A stretch of DNA of 37,178 bases from the NCBI GenBank assembly GCA_040902005.1, contig JBBDYA010000041.1, positions 1-37,178 of the forward strand, in the 5' to 3' direction. A program made the position numbers and the translations under genes. The notes beneath the pieces are model-generated. The model was given only the letters and a program-made list of their open reading frames with translations, was not told the origin of the DNA and searched no databases. The stretch comes from Gemmatimonadaceae bacterium (GTDB lineage Bacteria > Gemmatimonadota > Gemmatimonadetes > Gemmatimonadales > Gemmatimonadaceae). Shown here piece by piece: positions 18,361 to 26,555 of the stretch (within the stretch, counting starts at the first letter, position 1; the number at the start of each line of letters is the position of its first letter).

Positions 18361-19970
18361 ACGCGCTCTTCGCCTGGCTCGACGTTGACCGCGTGCAGTG
18401 GCGCGCGCTGCTCGGTGCGTCGTTGCGGGCCGACTTCGCCGCCGTCCGCATGCCGAATGCATCAGCCCGCGGGCGACGGATGGCGAGCAACATCGGCCTG
18501 TCGCTCCTGGTGTACACCGTTGCCGGACTCAGCCCCGCGATGATGGCGTGGTTCGCGAACGACGTGCTGTTCGCCGGTGCGATGATGGCCACCTTCGTCG
18601 GCTTCATGGTGCTCTCCACGCTGCTGCTCGGCGAGGGGACGGCGATCATCTCTCCCACCGATTACCACGTCCTCGGCTTTCGCCCGATCACCTCACGGAC
18701 CTACCTGGCGGTACGCGTCTCGGCCATTCTCGTGCGCACCGCGGTGATCGCCAGCGCCGTCGCGCTCGCCCCCGTCGCGGTGTTTCTGTTGAAGGGCGGA
18801 CTCCATCCGGCGCGCGCCCTGTCCGCCCTGCTGGCTGCCTACGCCACCGGGCTCGCCGTGACGCTGGCGGTCGTGGCGATGTACGGCTGGATGCTGCGGC
18901 TCGCCGGACCCGCGCGGATGAAGCGATGGGCGACGTACACGCAGTTCGCGGCGCAAACGGTCGCGTGGGGCGGGTTCTTCATCGCCACACAGGGACTCGG
19001 GCAAAGCGCCATGGCAGGCGTGTCGTTCTCGGAGAACCTGTGGTGGGTGTTGTACCCCGGCACGTGGTTCGGCAGCTACGTGGCGCTTGGTTCGGGGACC
19101 GCCTCAGCATATGTGGTGATTTCCGCGCTGCTGTCCGTCGCGCTGATCGTGGCGCTCGGCCGGCTGATCGGCGGCAAACTCTCCCTCGGATACGCGGAGG
19201 ATCTGGCGCGCGTGTCGTCCGTCGCGTCGCGTCCCACGCGCGTGGATGCCGGCGGACGGTGGCTGGGGCTGCTCAACAGCGAGACGCGCGCCGTGGCGCT
19301 CCTGGTGCGCAGCCACCTGCGCCACGACATGAAGTTCCGGATGGGACTCGTTTCGCTGGTGCCGATCACGATGATCTACCTGTACCTCGGCGGCCTGCCC
19401 CCCGACCCATTTCTTCCACGGCCCCCCGAGAACGACGGCGAGTCGATGCTGATCATCGTCGCCCTGCTGTTCCTCCCCCCAACACTGCGGCGGGTGCTGG
19501 TCACCAGCCAGACGCACCGGGCGTCGTGGATCTATTTCAGCACCCCGTCCGATTATGCGAAGCTCGTGCTGTCATCGCGCAACATCATCGCCATGTTCTT
19601 CCTGGTGCCGTATCTGGCGATCCTGGGCGGGGTCATGGTGTACGCCTTCGGGAACGTCCTTCACGCAGCGCTGCACACCGTCTACATCGGCATGATCAGC
19701 TACGTCGTGCTCCAGTTCATCATCTTGATAAGTCCCGAACTGCCGTTCTCGCTCCCGATCGACAAGGAAGCCCAGGGAGGCCGGATGATCGCGGTGATGA
19801 TCGGCTCGACGATGACCGGCATGGTGTTGTACGTAGTGCTCACCCAGCTCGTCTACCGTTCGGCGACGGGGATGGTCCTCTTTGCCGTCGCGTTCGGGCT
19901 GGCAAGCTGGCTCATGGACCGGATTACGCGTCGGCGCGCGATGCGACACGCGTTCTCATACTCGGAATGA
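18357..19970 (+). CDS. ABC exporter permease (about 12 TM, ABC-2-like)
   Basis: Highly hydrophobic 537-aa protein, coupled to the ATPase by a GTGA overlap. Confidence 0.8.
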   Translation: MNALFAWLDVDRVQWRALLGASLRADFAAVRMPNASARGRRMASNIGLSLLVYTVAGLSPAMMAWFANDVLFAGAMMATFVGFMVLSTLLLGEGTAIISPTDYHVLGFRPITSRTYLAVRVSAILVRTAVIASAVALAPVAVFLLKGGLHPARALSALLAAYATGLAVTLAVVAMYGWMLRLAGPARMKRWATYTQFAAQTVAWGGFFIATQGLGQSAMAGVSFSENLWWVLYPGTWFGSYVALGSGTASAYVVISALLSVALIVALGRLIGGKLSLGYAEDLARVSSVASRPTRVDAGGRWLGLLNSETRAVALLVRSHLRHDMKFRMGLVSLVPITMIYLYLGGLPPDPFLPRPPENDGESMLIIVALLFLPPTLRRVLVTSQTHRASWIYFSTPSDYAKLVLSSRNIIAMFFLVPYLAILGGVMVYAFGNVLHAALHTVYIGMISYVVLQFIILISPELPFSLPIDKEAQGGRMIAVMIGSTMTGMVLYVVLTQLVYRSATGMVLFAVAFGLASWLMDRITRRRAMRHAFSYSE

Positions 19971-20037
19971 CGAACGAGCACAGTTACGTGCCACGTTCTC
20001 CTTCATTCTTCACCTTCAACCATTCCCTTCGTTGTCC

Positions 20038-20904
20038 ATGAGAGACGCGCAGCTCGCGGCCATCCGCTTCGGCTTCCGCGCGCTGTCCAGCATCGCCCCC
20101 GGCCTCGCGGCCCACGCGGGAGAGCGCCTTTGGTTCACGCCACCGCGCCCGCGCATCCGGGATGAGCAGCGCGCGTTCCTGGGCACGGGCCAGCGCTTCG
20201 AGCTGGCGGTGAATGGCCGGCCCGTTGCGGCCTGGCGCTGGGGTGCCGGCCCCACCGTGGTGCTCATGCATGGGTGGGGCGGCTTTGGCGCGCAGATGCA
20301 GCACTTCGTGCCTCCGCTCGTGGACGCGGGCTTTCAAGCGGTGGCGTTCGACGCCCCCGCGCATGGAGAGTCCGGCCCCAGCCGGCTGGGCGCCCGTCGC
20401 TCCACCCTGCTGGACTTCGCCGACGTCCTCATCGCGATGCGCCAGGAAGCGCCGGAGATCGCAGGCGTGGTAGCGCACTCGGGCGGCGGCACGGCGGCGG
20501 CGTGGGCACTGCGTGCCAGCCCCGATCTGCGCCTGCGGCGGCTGGCGCTCATCTCACCGATGGGAAGCGTGCACCGCTATCAGGACGCCTTTCAGCGCAT
20601 GGTGGGACTGAGCGACGCCGCGATGCGTCGGTTCTACGAGAACACCGAGCGGATGCTCGGGTTCCGATGGACGGACTGGGAGGTACCGGCGATGGCGAAT
20701 GGAATCGCCACGCCGCCGGTGCTCGTGGTGCACGACCGCGACGACCGCGAGACGGCGCACGAGGATGGCGCGTCCATCGCCGCGGCGTGGCCGAACGCGG
20801 TGCTGCGCACCACGACCGGACTGGGACACTACCGGATTCTGCGAGATCCGGGCGTCGTCTCGGAGGTGGTGCAGTTTGTCCGCGCCGGCCGGGAGCAGGG
20901 CTGA
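20038..20904 (+). CDS. Alpha/beta hydrolase
   Basis: HGWGG oxyanion motif, DAPAHGES, nucleophile elbow AHSGGG, HDRDD acid, LGHYRIL His. Confidence 0.9.
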   Translation: MRDAQLAAIRFGFRALSSIAPGLAAHAGERLWFTPPRPRIRDEQRAFLGTGQRFELAVNGRPVAAWRWGAGPTVVLMHGWGGFGAQMQHFVPPLVDAGFQAVAFDAPAHGESGPSRLGARRSTLLDFADVLIAMRQEAPEIAGVVAHSGGGTAAAWALRASPDLRLRRLALISPMGSVHRYQDAFQRMVGLSDAAMRRFYENTERMLGFRWTDWEVPAMANGIATPPVLVVHDRDDRETAHEDGASIAAAWPNAVLRTTTGLGHYRILRDPGVVSEVVQFVRAGREQG

Positions 20905-20906
20905 AC

Positions 20907-22004
20907 GTGGCGACCGTCGTGGCAGCAGTAATGCCCGCGCCGAACGCGCCGATCGAACTGCGCGAGTTCACCGAGCCCGAGCTGGAGCCCGGCGCCGCGC
21001 TCCTGCATACCATGTACTCCGAGGTATGCGGCACGGACGTGCACCTCCTGCACGGGAAGCTGTCTGGCGTTCCCTACCCGATCATCCCGGGGCACGTGTC
21101 TGTGGGGACGGTGGCGAAGACGCGCGGCGCACTGAAGACCGTGGATGGCGACCCTATCAAGGAAGGGGACGTCGTCACCTTCCTGGACGTGCACGACACC
21201 TGCAACCACTGCTACCACTGCCTGGTGGCGAACCAGCCCAACCGCTGCCCATCGCGCCGCGTGTACGGCATCACCTACTCCGCCAACGACGGACTGCTCG
21301 GCGGCTGGTCGCAGGCGCTGTACATGAAGCCCGGCGTGAAGATGATCCACATCCCCAGGGCGCTCGCCCCCGAGACGTTCATCGGCGGCGGGTGCGGGCT
21401 GGTGACCGCGCTGCACGCGGTGGACCTCGCCGGTCTGCGGCTGGGCGAATCGGTCGCGGTGCTCGGCGTGGGACCGGTGGGACAGAGCGCGGTGGCGCTG
21501 GCGTCACTGTCCGGCGCTGGCGAGATCGTCGCGGTGGACGGCGTGTCGGACCGGTTGGCGTATGCGCGCCGCATGGGCGCGACGTCCGAGATAGGCCTGG
21601 ACACGCCGAGGAAGGAGCGGCTGTCGCTGGTGCACGGGATGACGCGCGGGCGCGGCATGGACGTTGTGATCGAGTGCAGCGGTCATCCGGACGCCGTCTC
21701 GGAGGCGCTCGACCTGGTGCGTGACGGTGGGCGCGTGGTGGTGTGCGGGCACTATACCGACAGCGGGTCCGTGGAGATTCACCCGCATTATCAGATCAAC
21801 CGGAAGCACGTGGAGCTGCGCGGCTGCTGGGGGTCGCGGTACGAGCACTTTCACCGGGCGGTGGAGATCGGTGCGCGCTATGGCGGGGAGAAGCCGTGGC
21901 GTGATATGGTGGGCGGGACATACGCGCTGGCAAACGCGGCGCAAGCGTTGAAGGCCGTGGAAGGCCGGACGGCAGTGAAGGCCCTCATCCGTCCAATGCC
22001 GTGA
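20907..22004 (+). CDS. Zinc-dependent medium-chain dehydrogenase/reductase
   Basis: CGTDVH, GH(V), structural zinc site CNHCYHC-x8-C, Rossmann GVGPVG with downstream Asp. Confidence 0.92.
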   Translation: MATVVAAVMPAPNAPIELREFTEPELEPGAALLHTMYSEVCGTDVHLLHGKLSGVPYPIIPGHVSVGTVAKTRGALKTVDGDPIKEGDVVTFLDVHDTCNHCYHCLVANQPNRCPSRRVYGITYSANDGLLGGWSQALYMKPGVKMIHIPRALAPETFIGGGCGLVTALHAVDLAGLRLGESVAVLGVGPVGQSAVALASLSGAGEIVAVDGVSDRLAYARRMGATSEIGLDTPRKERLSLVHGMTRGRGMDVVIECSGHPDAVSEALDLVRDGGRVVVCGHYTDSGSVEIHPHYQINRKHVELRGCWGSRYEHFHRAVEIGARYGGEKPWRDMVGGTYALANAAQALKAVEGRTAVKALIRPMP

Positions 22005-22017
22005 CACCGTATCCGAT

Positions 22018-24501
22018 ATGAACCACATCGAGGATCTTGGGCAGGACGCGCGTTATGCGCTGCGCCAGATCCGCCGCGCTCCGGCGGCTGCGGCGCTCAT
22101 CGTCGTCACGCTCGCTATTGGCATCGGCGCGAACGTCACCATGGCCGGCGCGATCGATCGGCTGCTGCTGCAGCCACCGGCTCACGTGCACGAGCCCGAA
22201 CGGCTCGTGCGCCTCCTGGTCGCCGGCACCGACATGTTCGGCGATGAACGCGTCGGCGGATACTCGAATTACACGATGTTTCTCGATCTCGAGCGCGAGG
22301 TGCCGGCGTTCGACGGCATCGCCGCATTCTTTGTGACGCGGCTCTCCTTCGGCATTGGCCGGGACGCCGAGCAGGTGCCCGCTGTGCTCGTGTCGCCCTC
22401 CTTCTTCCGCGTGCTCGGCCCCCGGCCTGCGCTGGGCCGGTTCTTCTCCGCCGATGACGGATTCCCCCCGGGAGAAGCCGGCGGAGGTCCCGCGCTCGCT
22501 GTGATCTCTGATGCGTTCTGGCGGCGTGCATTCGCTGCCGCTCCCGATGTGGTGGGAAGCCCCATCCGCCTCGGGCAGCTGACCTACGCGATCGTTGGCG
22601 TGGCACCAGAGGGATTTCGCGGCGTGGTGGACGAGCACACGGACGTATGGCTTCCCGCTCCCGTCGCGGCGCCCGTGGACGTGCCCACGGGATGGTACGG
22701 AGGCCGAGGGTCCACGTGGGTGCGGTTCGTCGCGCGACTTGGGCCTGGTGTGGCGCGCGAAGTCGCGGAGCGGCAGGTGGCGGCGGTGTACCTGCGCCAT
22801 GAGGGCGGACCGTTCGGCTTCAATGAGCGGCAACGCGTGGTTGCGGCGTCCGTGATTCGCGGACGCGGTCCCGACGCCCCGCGCGAAGTGAAGGTTGCGC
22901 TCTGGCTGAGCGGCGTGTCCGCGCTGGTGCTGCTCATCGCCTGCGCGAACATCGCGAATCTGCTGCTCACCCGCGCGCTCACGCGCCGGCGAGAGATCGC
23001 CGTGCGCGTGGCGCTCGGCGCCGGACGCGGCCGGCTCGCACGACAGATGCTCACGGAGGCGCTGCTGCTGGCGTCGTTCGGCGGTGTTGCCGCGATCTAC
23101 CTGGCGCTCCTCGGCGGCCGCCTCCTCGGCACGCTCTTCGTTTTCGACACCGCCAATTCGGCGTTCAACGGACGGTTCTTCCTGTTCGCCGCGGGCGTCA
23201 CGCTCGCGACGGGCCTGCTCATCAGTCTGGCTCCGCTCCTCCAGAGCACATCGGGGTTTCTCGGTGAGCTCACGCGCGGAGGTGCGACGATTGGCAGGCG
23301 CGGCGCCCGGGTGCGCGGCGTGCTCGTCGCCACGCAGGCTGCGCTGTGCACGCTCCTTCTCATCGCGGCCGCACTCTTTGCGTCGAGTCTGGGGCGGGTG
23401 CAGGCGCTGGACCTCGGAGTGGACCTCGACCACACTCTTCTCACGTACTTCAACATCGTGCCCGAGGCCCGGCCGCGGGACGAGATCGATCAGCGGTACG
23501 AAACGATGCTGGCGCGCGTGCGGGCGATTCCCGGTGTTCGAGGCGCGGCCCTCGAGGCGCATGGCTTTGCGATCGCGCCGTATACCGCGGCAACGCGCGA
23601 TCGCAGGTGGTGGGACATGACGAAGAAGGTCGGCTATCTCCACGGAGTGGACCACGGCTACTTCCGCACCCTCGGCACCAGGTCACTGCGCGGAAGGGAC
23701 TTCGACGAGCGCGACGTGGCCGGCGCGGAGCAGGTGGCGATCATCACGGCGCCGCTGGCCACACTGCTGTGGCCGGGCGGCGACCCGCTCGGCAAGTGTC
23801 TGATGATTCCGGAAATGAGGAGCGACGACCGCCGCGATGAGTGCGTCACCGTCGTGGGCGTGATGGGTGGATTCTGGCGGCGGGACATTCTCGATCGCGA
23901 CGAGCTGCTCGTGTACATACCGAGAGTCCAGCGGCGGCGAGCGTTCAGTCGTCCGACGTCGATGTACATCGCCGCGAGTGGCGACGCGAAGAGCGTGGCG
24001 GCGATCGCGGTCACGGTGAGGAAGACGATTCAGAGCGTGCATCCCGGCCTTCCGGCCGTGTCGGTCATGCTCGAACGCGACCGGGTGGACCCGCAGATGC
24101 GTCCCTGGCGGCTGGCCGCGACCATGTTTTCGCTCTTCGGCGTCGTCGCGCTCGTCATCGCGGCGGTGGGCGTCTACGGCGTGGTGTCGTTCGCGGCGAC
24201 GCAGCGCGCGCGGGAAGTGGCGATCCGGCTGGTGCTCGGCGCGCGCCCCGCCGACATCCTCGCGCTGGTCGCCGGCAGGGGCCTCGGCGCGCTGCTGGCC
24301 GGCCTGGCGGTGGGAGCGGGCGCGGCCCTCGTGATCGGCCGATGGCTCGGCCCACTGCTCTACGAAACGTCGCCGCGCGACCCGCGCATCATCGCCGGCG
24401 TCGCAACGTTCCTCCTGGTCGTCGGCGTGCTTGCGAGCGCGATTCCCGTGGCCAGGCTTCTCAGGCGATCCACGGCGTCATCGCTTCGGGTGGACGCATG
24501 A
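22018..24501 (+). CDS. Duplicated MacB/FtsX-type ABC permease (ADOP-like)
   Basis: QDARYALRQ...TLAIGIGAN, VLLIACANIANLLL.RA..RRREIAVR.ALGA, and a second FtsX block GVYGVVSF...REVAIRLVLGA. Confidence 0.92.
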   Translation: MNHIEDLGQDARYALRQIRRAPAAAALIVVTLAIGIGANVTMAGAIDRLLLQPPAHVHEPERLVRLLVAGTDMFGDERVGGYSNYTMFLDLEREVPAFDGIAAFFVTRLSFGIGRDAEQVPAVLVSPSFFRVLGPRPALGRFFSADDGFPPGEAGGGPALAVISDAFWRRAFAAAPDVVGSPIRLGQLTYAIVGVAPEGFRGVVDEHTDVWLPAPVAAPVDVPTGWYGGRGSTWVRFVARLGPGVAREVAERQVAAVYLRHEGGPFGFNERQRVVAASVIRGRGPDAPREVKVALWLSGVSALVLLIACANIANLLLTRALTRRREIAVRVALGAGRGRLARQMLTEALLLASFGGVAAIYLALLGGRLLGTLFVFDTANSAFNGRFFLFAAGVTLATGLLISLAPLLQSTSGFLGELTRGGATIGRRGARVRGVLVATQAALCTLLLIAAALFASSLGRVQALDLGVDLDHTLLTYFNIVPEARPRDEIDQRYETMLARVRAIPGVRGAALEAHGFAIAPYTAATRDRRWWDMTKKVGYLHGVDHGYFRTLGTRSLRGRDFDERDVAGAEQVAIITAPLATLLWPGGDPLGKCLMIPEMRSDDRRDECVTVVGVMGGFWRRDILDRDELLVYIPRVQRRRAFSRPTSMYIAASGDAKSVAAIAVTVRKTIQSVHPGLPAVSVMLERDRVDPQMRPWRLAATMFSLFGVVALVIAAVGVYGVVSFAATQRAREVAIRLVLGARPADILALVAGRGLGALLAGLAVGAGAALVIGRWLGPLLYETSPRDPRIIAGVATFLLVVGVLASAIPVARLLRRSTASSLRVDA

Positions 24502-25418
24502 CGAGTCGTCGCCGTGTTGTACGCTGGATGACACTTGTCGCGGCCGCGGCATGCACCGAACCGACGGCGCCCCAGCTGCCGGACCGTTTCGTCGACGATC
24601 GGCCGGATGACTTCGCGGGGCCCCAGGTGCATGTCATGTACGTGCTGCCGAGCGACGCAGCGGATCTGGAATTCGATCTCAACGGCACGTTGGCGACGTC
24701 AGTTGCTTCGTTCAGTGCCTGGTTCGCGGAGCGTTCGGGGCTCGCGATCCGATTCGATACGCACGACGGCGCCCTGGACGTCACCGGGTTTCGTCTGGAC
24801 AGCAGCGACGAGGAGATGAAGGCGTTGGGGCCATCCCTCCTGTTTGGCATCGAAAGCCGTCTTGACGCGGCGGGAAAGCTCGCGCAAGACAAGATCTATC
24901 TGGTGTACTACGACGGCACGAGTACCTATGCGTGCGGCGGCGCATCCTGGCCGGGCCGGATCGCCGCGATGTATCTGCGGGGATTGCCGTCGGGAGCCAA
25001 CTGCGGGCTGCAACAGTTCGTGTCGTCGCCTACGCAGTTTCCGCGGTACTGGGAGTTCGCCGCGCTGCACGACCTGCATCACACGTTCGGTATCGTGTCG
25101 CCGAATGCGCCGCACCACACGGTCGACTATCCGGCGCACGTGCCGGAGGAGAACGACTTGCTGTACTCCGGGCCGGGACCGTGGATCATCAACGCGACGA
25201 CGGTGATCGACGTGGACGGCGATGATTACTTCGGCGCGAACGTACCGGCCGGCGTGGCCAATCTCTCGCTCAGTCCCTTCGTGGCGCCGGCTCAGGGTCA
25301 GACGCGCGTTGCATGGCAGCACGCCGCTCCAGAAGCCGACGCGATGCTCAGAAACGCCGTCGAGCACCTGCCCGTGCATGTTCCCTTCACGCGCACGCCG
25401 CAACGCGACCGACGCTAG
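24498..25418 (+). CDS. Lipoprotein with a zincin-like motif variant (HDLHHTFG)
   Basis: ATGA overlap with the permease. Basic N-terminus plus lipobox AAAA-C. Motif ALHDLHHTFG...HV...DLLY. Confidence 0.7.
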   Translation: MTSRRRVVRWMTLVAAAACTEPTAPQLPDRFVDDRPDDFAGPQVHVMYVLPSDAADLEFDLNGTLATSVASFSAWFAERSGLAIRFDTHDGALDVTGFRLDSSDEEMKALGPSLLFGIESRLDAAGKLAQDKIYLVYYDGTSTYACGGASWPGRIAAMYLRGLPSGANCGLQQFVSSPTQFPRYWEFAALHDLHHTFGIVSPNAPHHTVDYPAHVPEENDLLYSGPGPWIINATTVIDVDGDDYFGANVPAGVANLSLSPFVAPAQGQTRVAWQHAAPEADAMLRNAVEHLPVHVPFTRTPQRDRR

Positions 25419-25433
25419 TCCAGGCTCGTTTCG

Positions 25434-25886
25434 CTACTTCGCCGGCGCGGGCGGCGGTGACTGCCACATCACGTGCGCGATCATCCACTTGCCGTCGTAC
25501 TTACCCAGCAGCAGGTAGTCGGTGCCCCACCATGCGGTGAGCTTCGCGCTGGCCGTCTGATCCTGCACCTCGAACAGCACGATCTCCTTCGGCGCATCCG
25601 CCGGCGTGGGACGTCCGCTGGCCTTCACCCGGTTCGCGAACGCGTGGAACTGCGGCCACGACATCTGCATGCCGCGGTAGGTCGTGTCCGACTGGCCGCG
25701 CCCGAAGCCGTACTTGAACACCTCGGGCCGGATGCTGCGCACCTGTAGCGTGCTGTCGCCCAGGTAGAACCCGTCCACATAGTCGAGCACCGCGCGACGG
25801 ACCGCCTCGCGCTCGGCGTCCTGCGCAGAGACCGCGCCGGCCAGGGTGACGCAGAGTAGAACGGCGCGGGCGGCGGATGCAATCAT
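25434..25886 (-). CDS. Exported NTF2-like protein (Lumazine_bd_2 type)
   Basis: Signal peptide (VSA-Q), EAVRRAVLDYVDGFY...TASAKLTAWWGTDYLLLGKYDGKWMIAHVMW. Confidence 0.85.
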   Translation of the reverse strand: MIASAARAVLLCVTLAGAVSAQDAEREAVRRAVLDYVDGFYLGDSTLQVRSIRPEVFKYGFGRGQSDTTYRGMQMSWPQFHAFANRVKASGRPTPADAPKEIVLFEVQDQTASAKLTAWWGTDYLLLGKYDGKWMIAHVMWQSPPPAPAK

Positions 25887-26021
25887 GGCGGCACCATATG
25901 GAAGGGAGACAGCTACCATACGGAAGCAACTCTCGGCCAGATTCAGCGTATACGTGTTCTGTTTCATTTGGATGGCCGGATCTGTTACCAGGTTGGCAAA
26001 CCCCTCTTATCTCACTCCCCC

Positions 26022-26555
26022 ATGTCCGTATTCACGAATCCAGCATCCAGCTCCCGCGAACAGGGTCAGGCGTACACCGCGGCCATACTTGGCCTGCTGG
26101 GCGATCAGGACCCGATGGCGGTGCTCGAGGGCACTGCGGCGAAGGTGAAGGCGTTGCTGAAGGGGCTGTCGAAGGAGCAGCTGATGAAGCCCGAGGCGCC
26201 GGGCAAGTGGTCCGTCGCGGCCGTGGTGCGGCACCTCGCCGACTCGGAGATCGTGTGGGGGTGGCGCATGCGGATGGTGCTGGCGCACGACCGGCCCGAG
26301 ATCACCGGGTACGATCAGGACGCGTGGGCGGACCGGCTTCGATACATGGAAGCGGACGCGAAGGAGGCGCTGGCCGAGTTCGAGGTGCTGCGGGCCGGGA
26401 ATCTGCGGCTATTGCGTCGCTGTGGCCCGGATGACCTGAAGCGTCATGGTGTGCATGCAGAGCGGGGACAAGAGAGCGTTGCGCACATGATGAAGATGTA
26501 TGCAGGGCATGACATGCTGCATCTGCGGCAAATCGGGCGGATCGTCGGCGCCTAG
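26022..26555 (+). CDS. DinB/YfiT-family putative metalloprotein
   Basis: PGKWS...HLADSE and GHDMLH His ligands. Start set at ATG 26022. Confidence 0.9.
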   Translation: MSVFTNPASSSREQGQAYTAAILGLLGDQDPMAVLEGTAAKVKALLKGLSKEQLMKPEAPGKWSVAAVVRHLADSEIVWGWRMRMVLAHDRPEITGYDQDAWADRLRYMEADAKEALAEFEVLRAGNLRLLRRCGPDDLKRHGVHAERGQESVAHMMKMYAGHDMLHLRQIGRIVGA

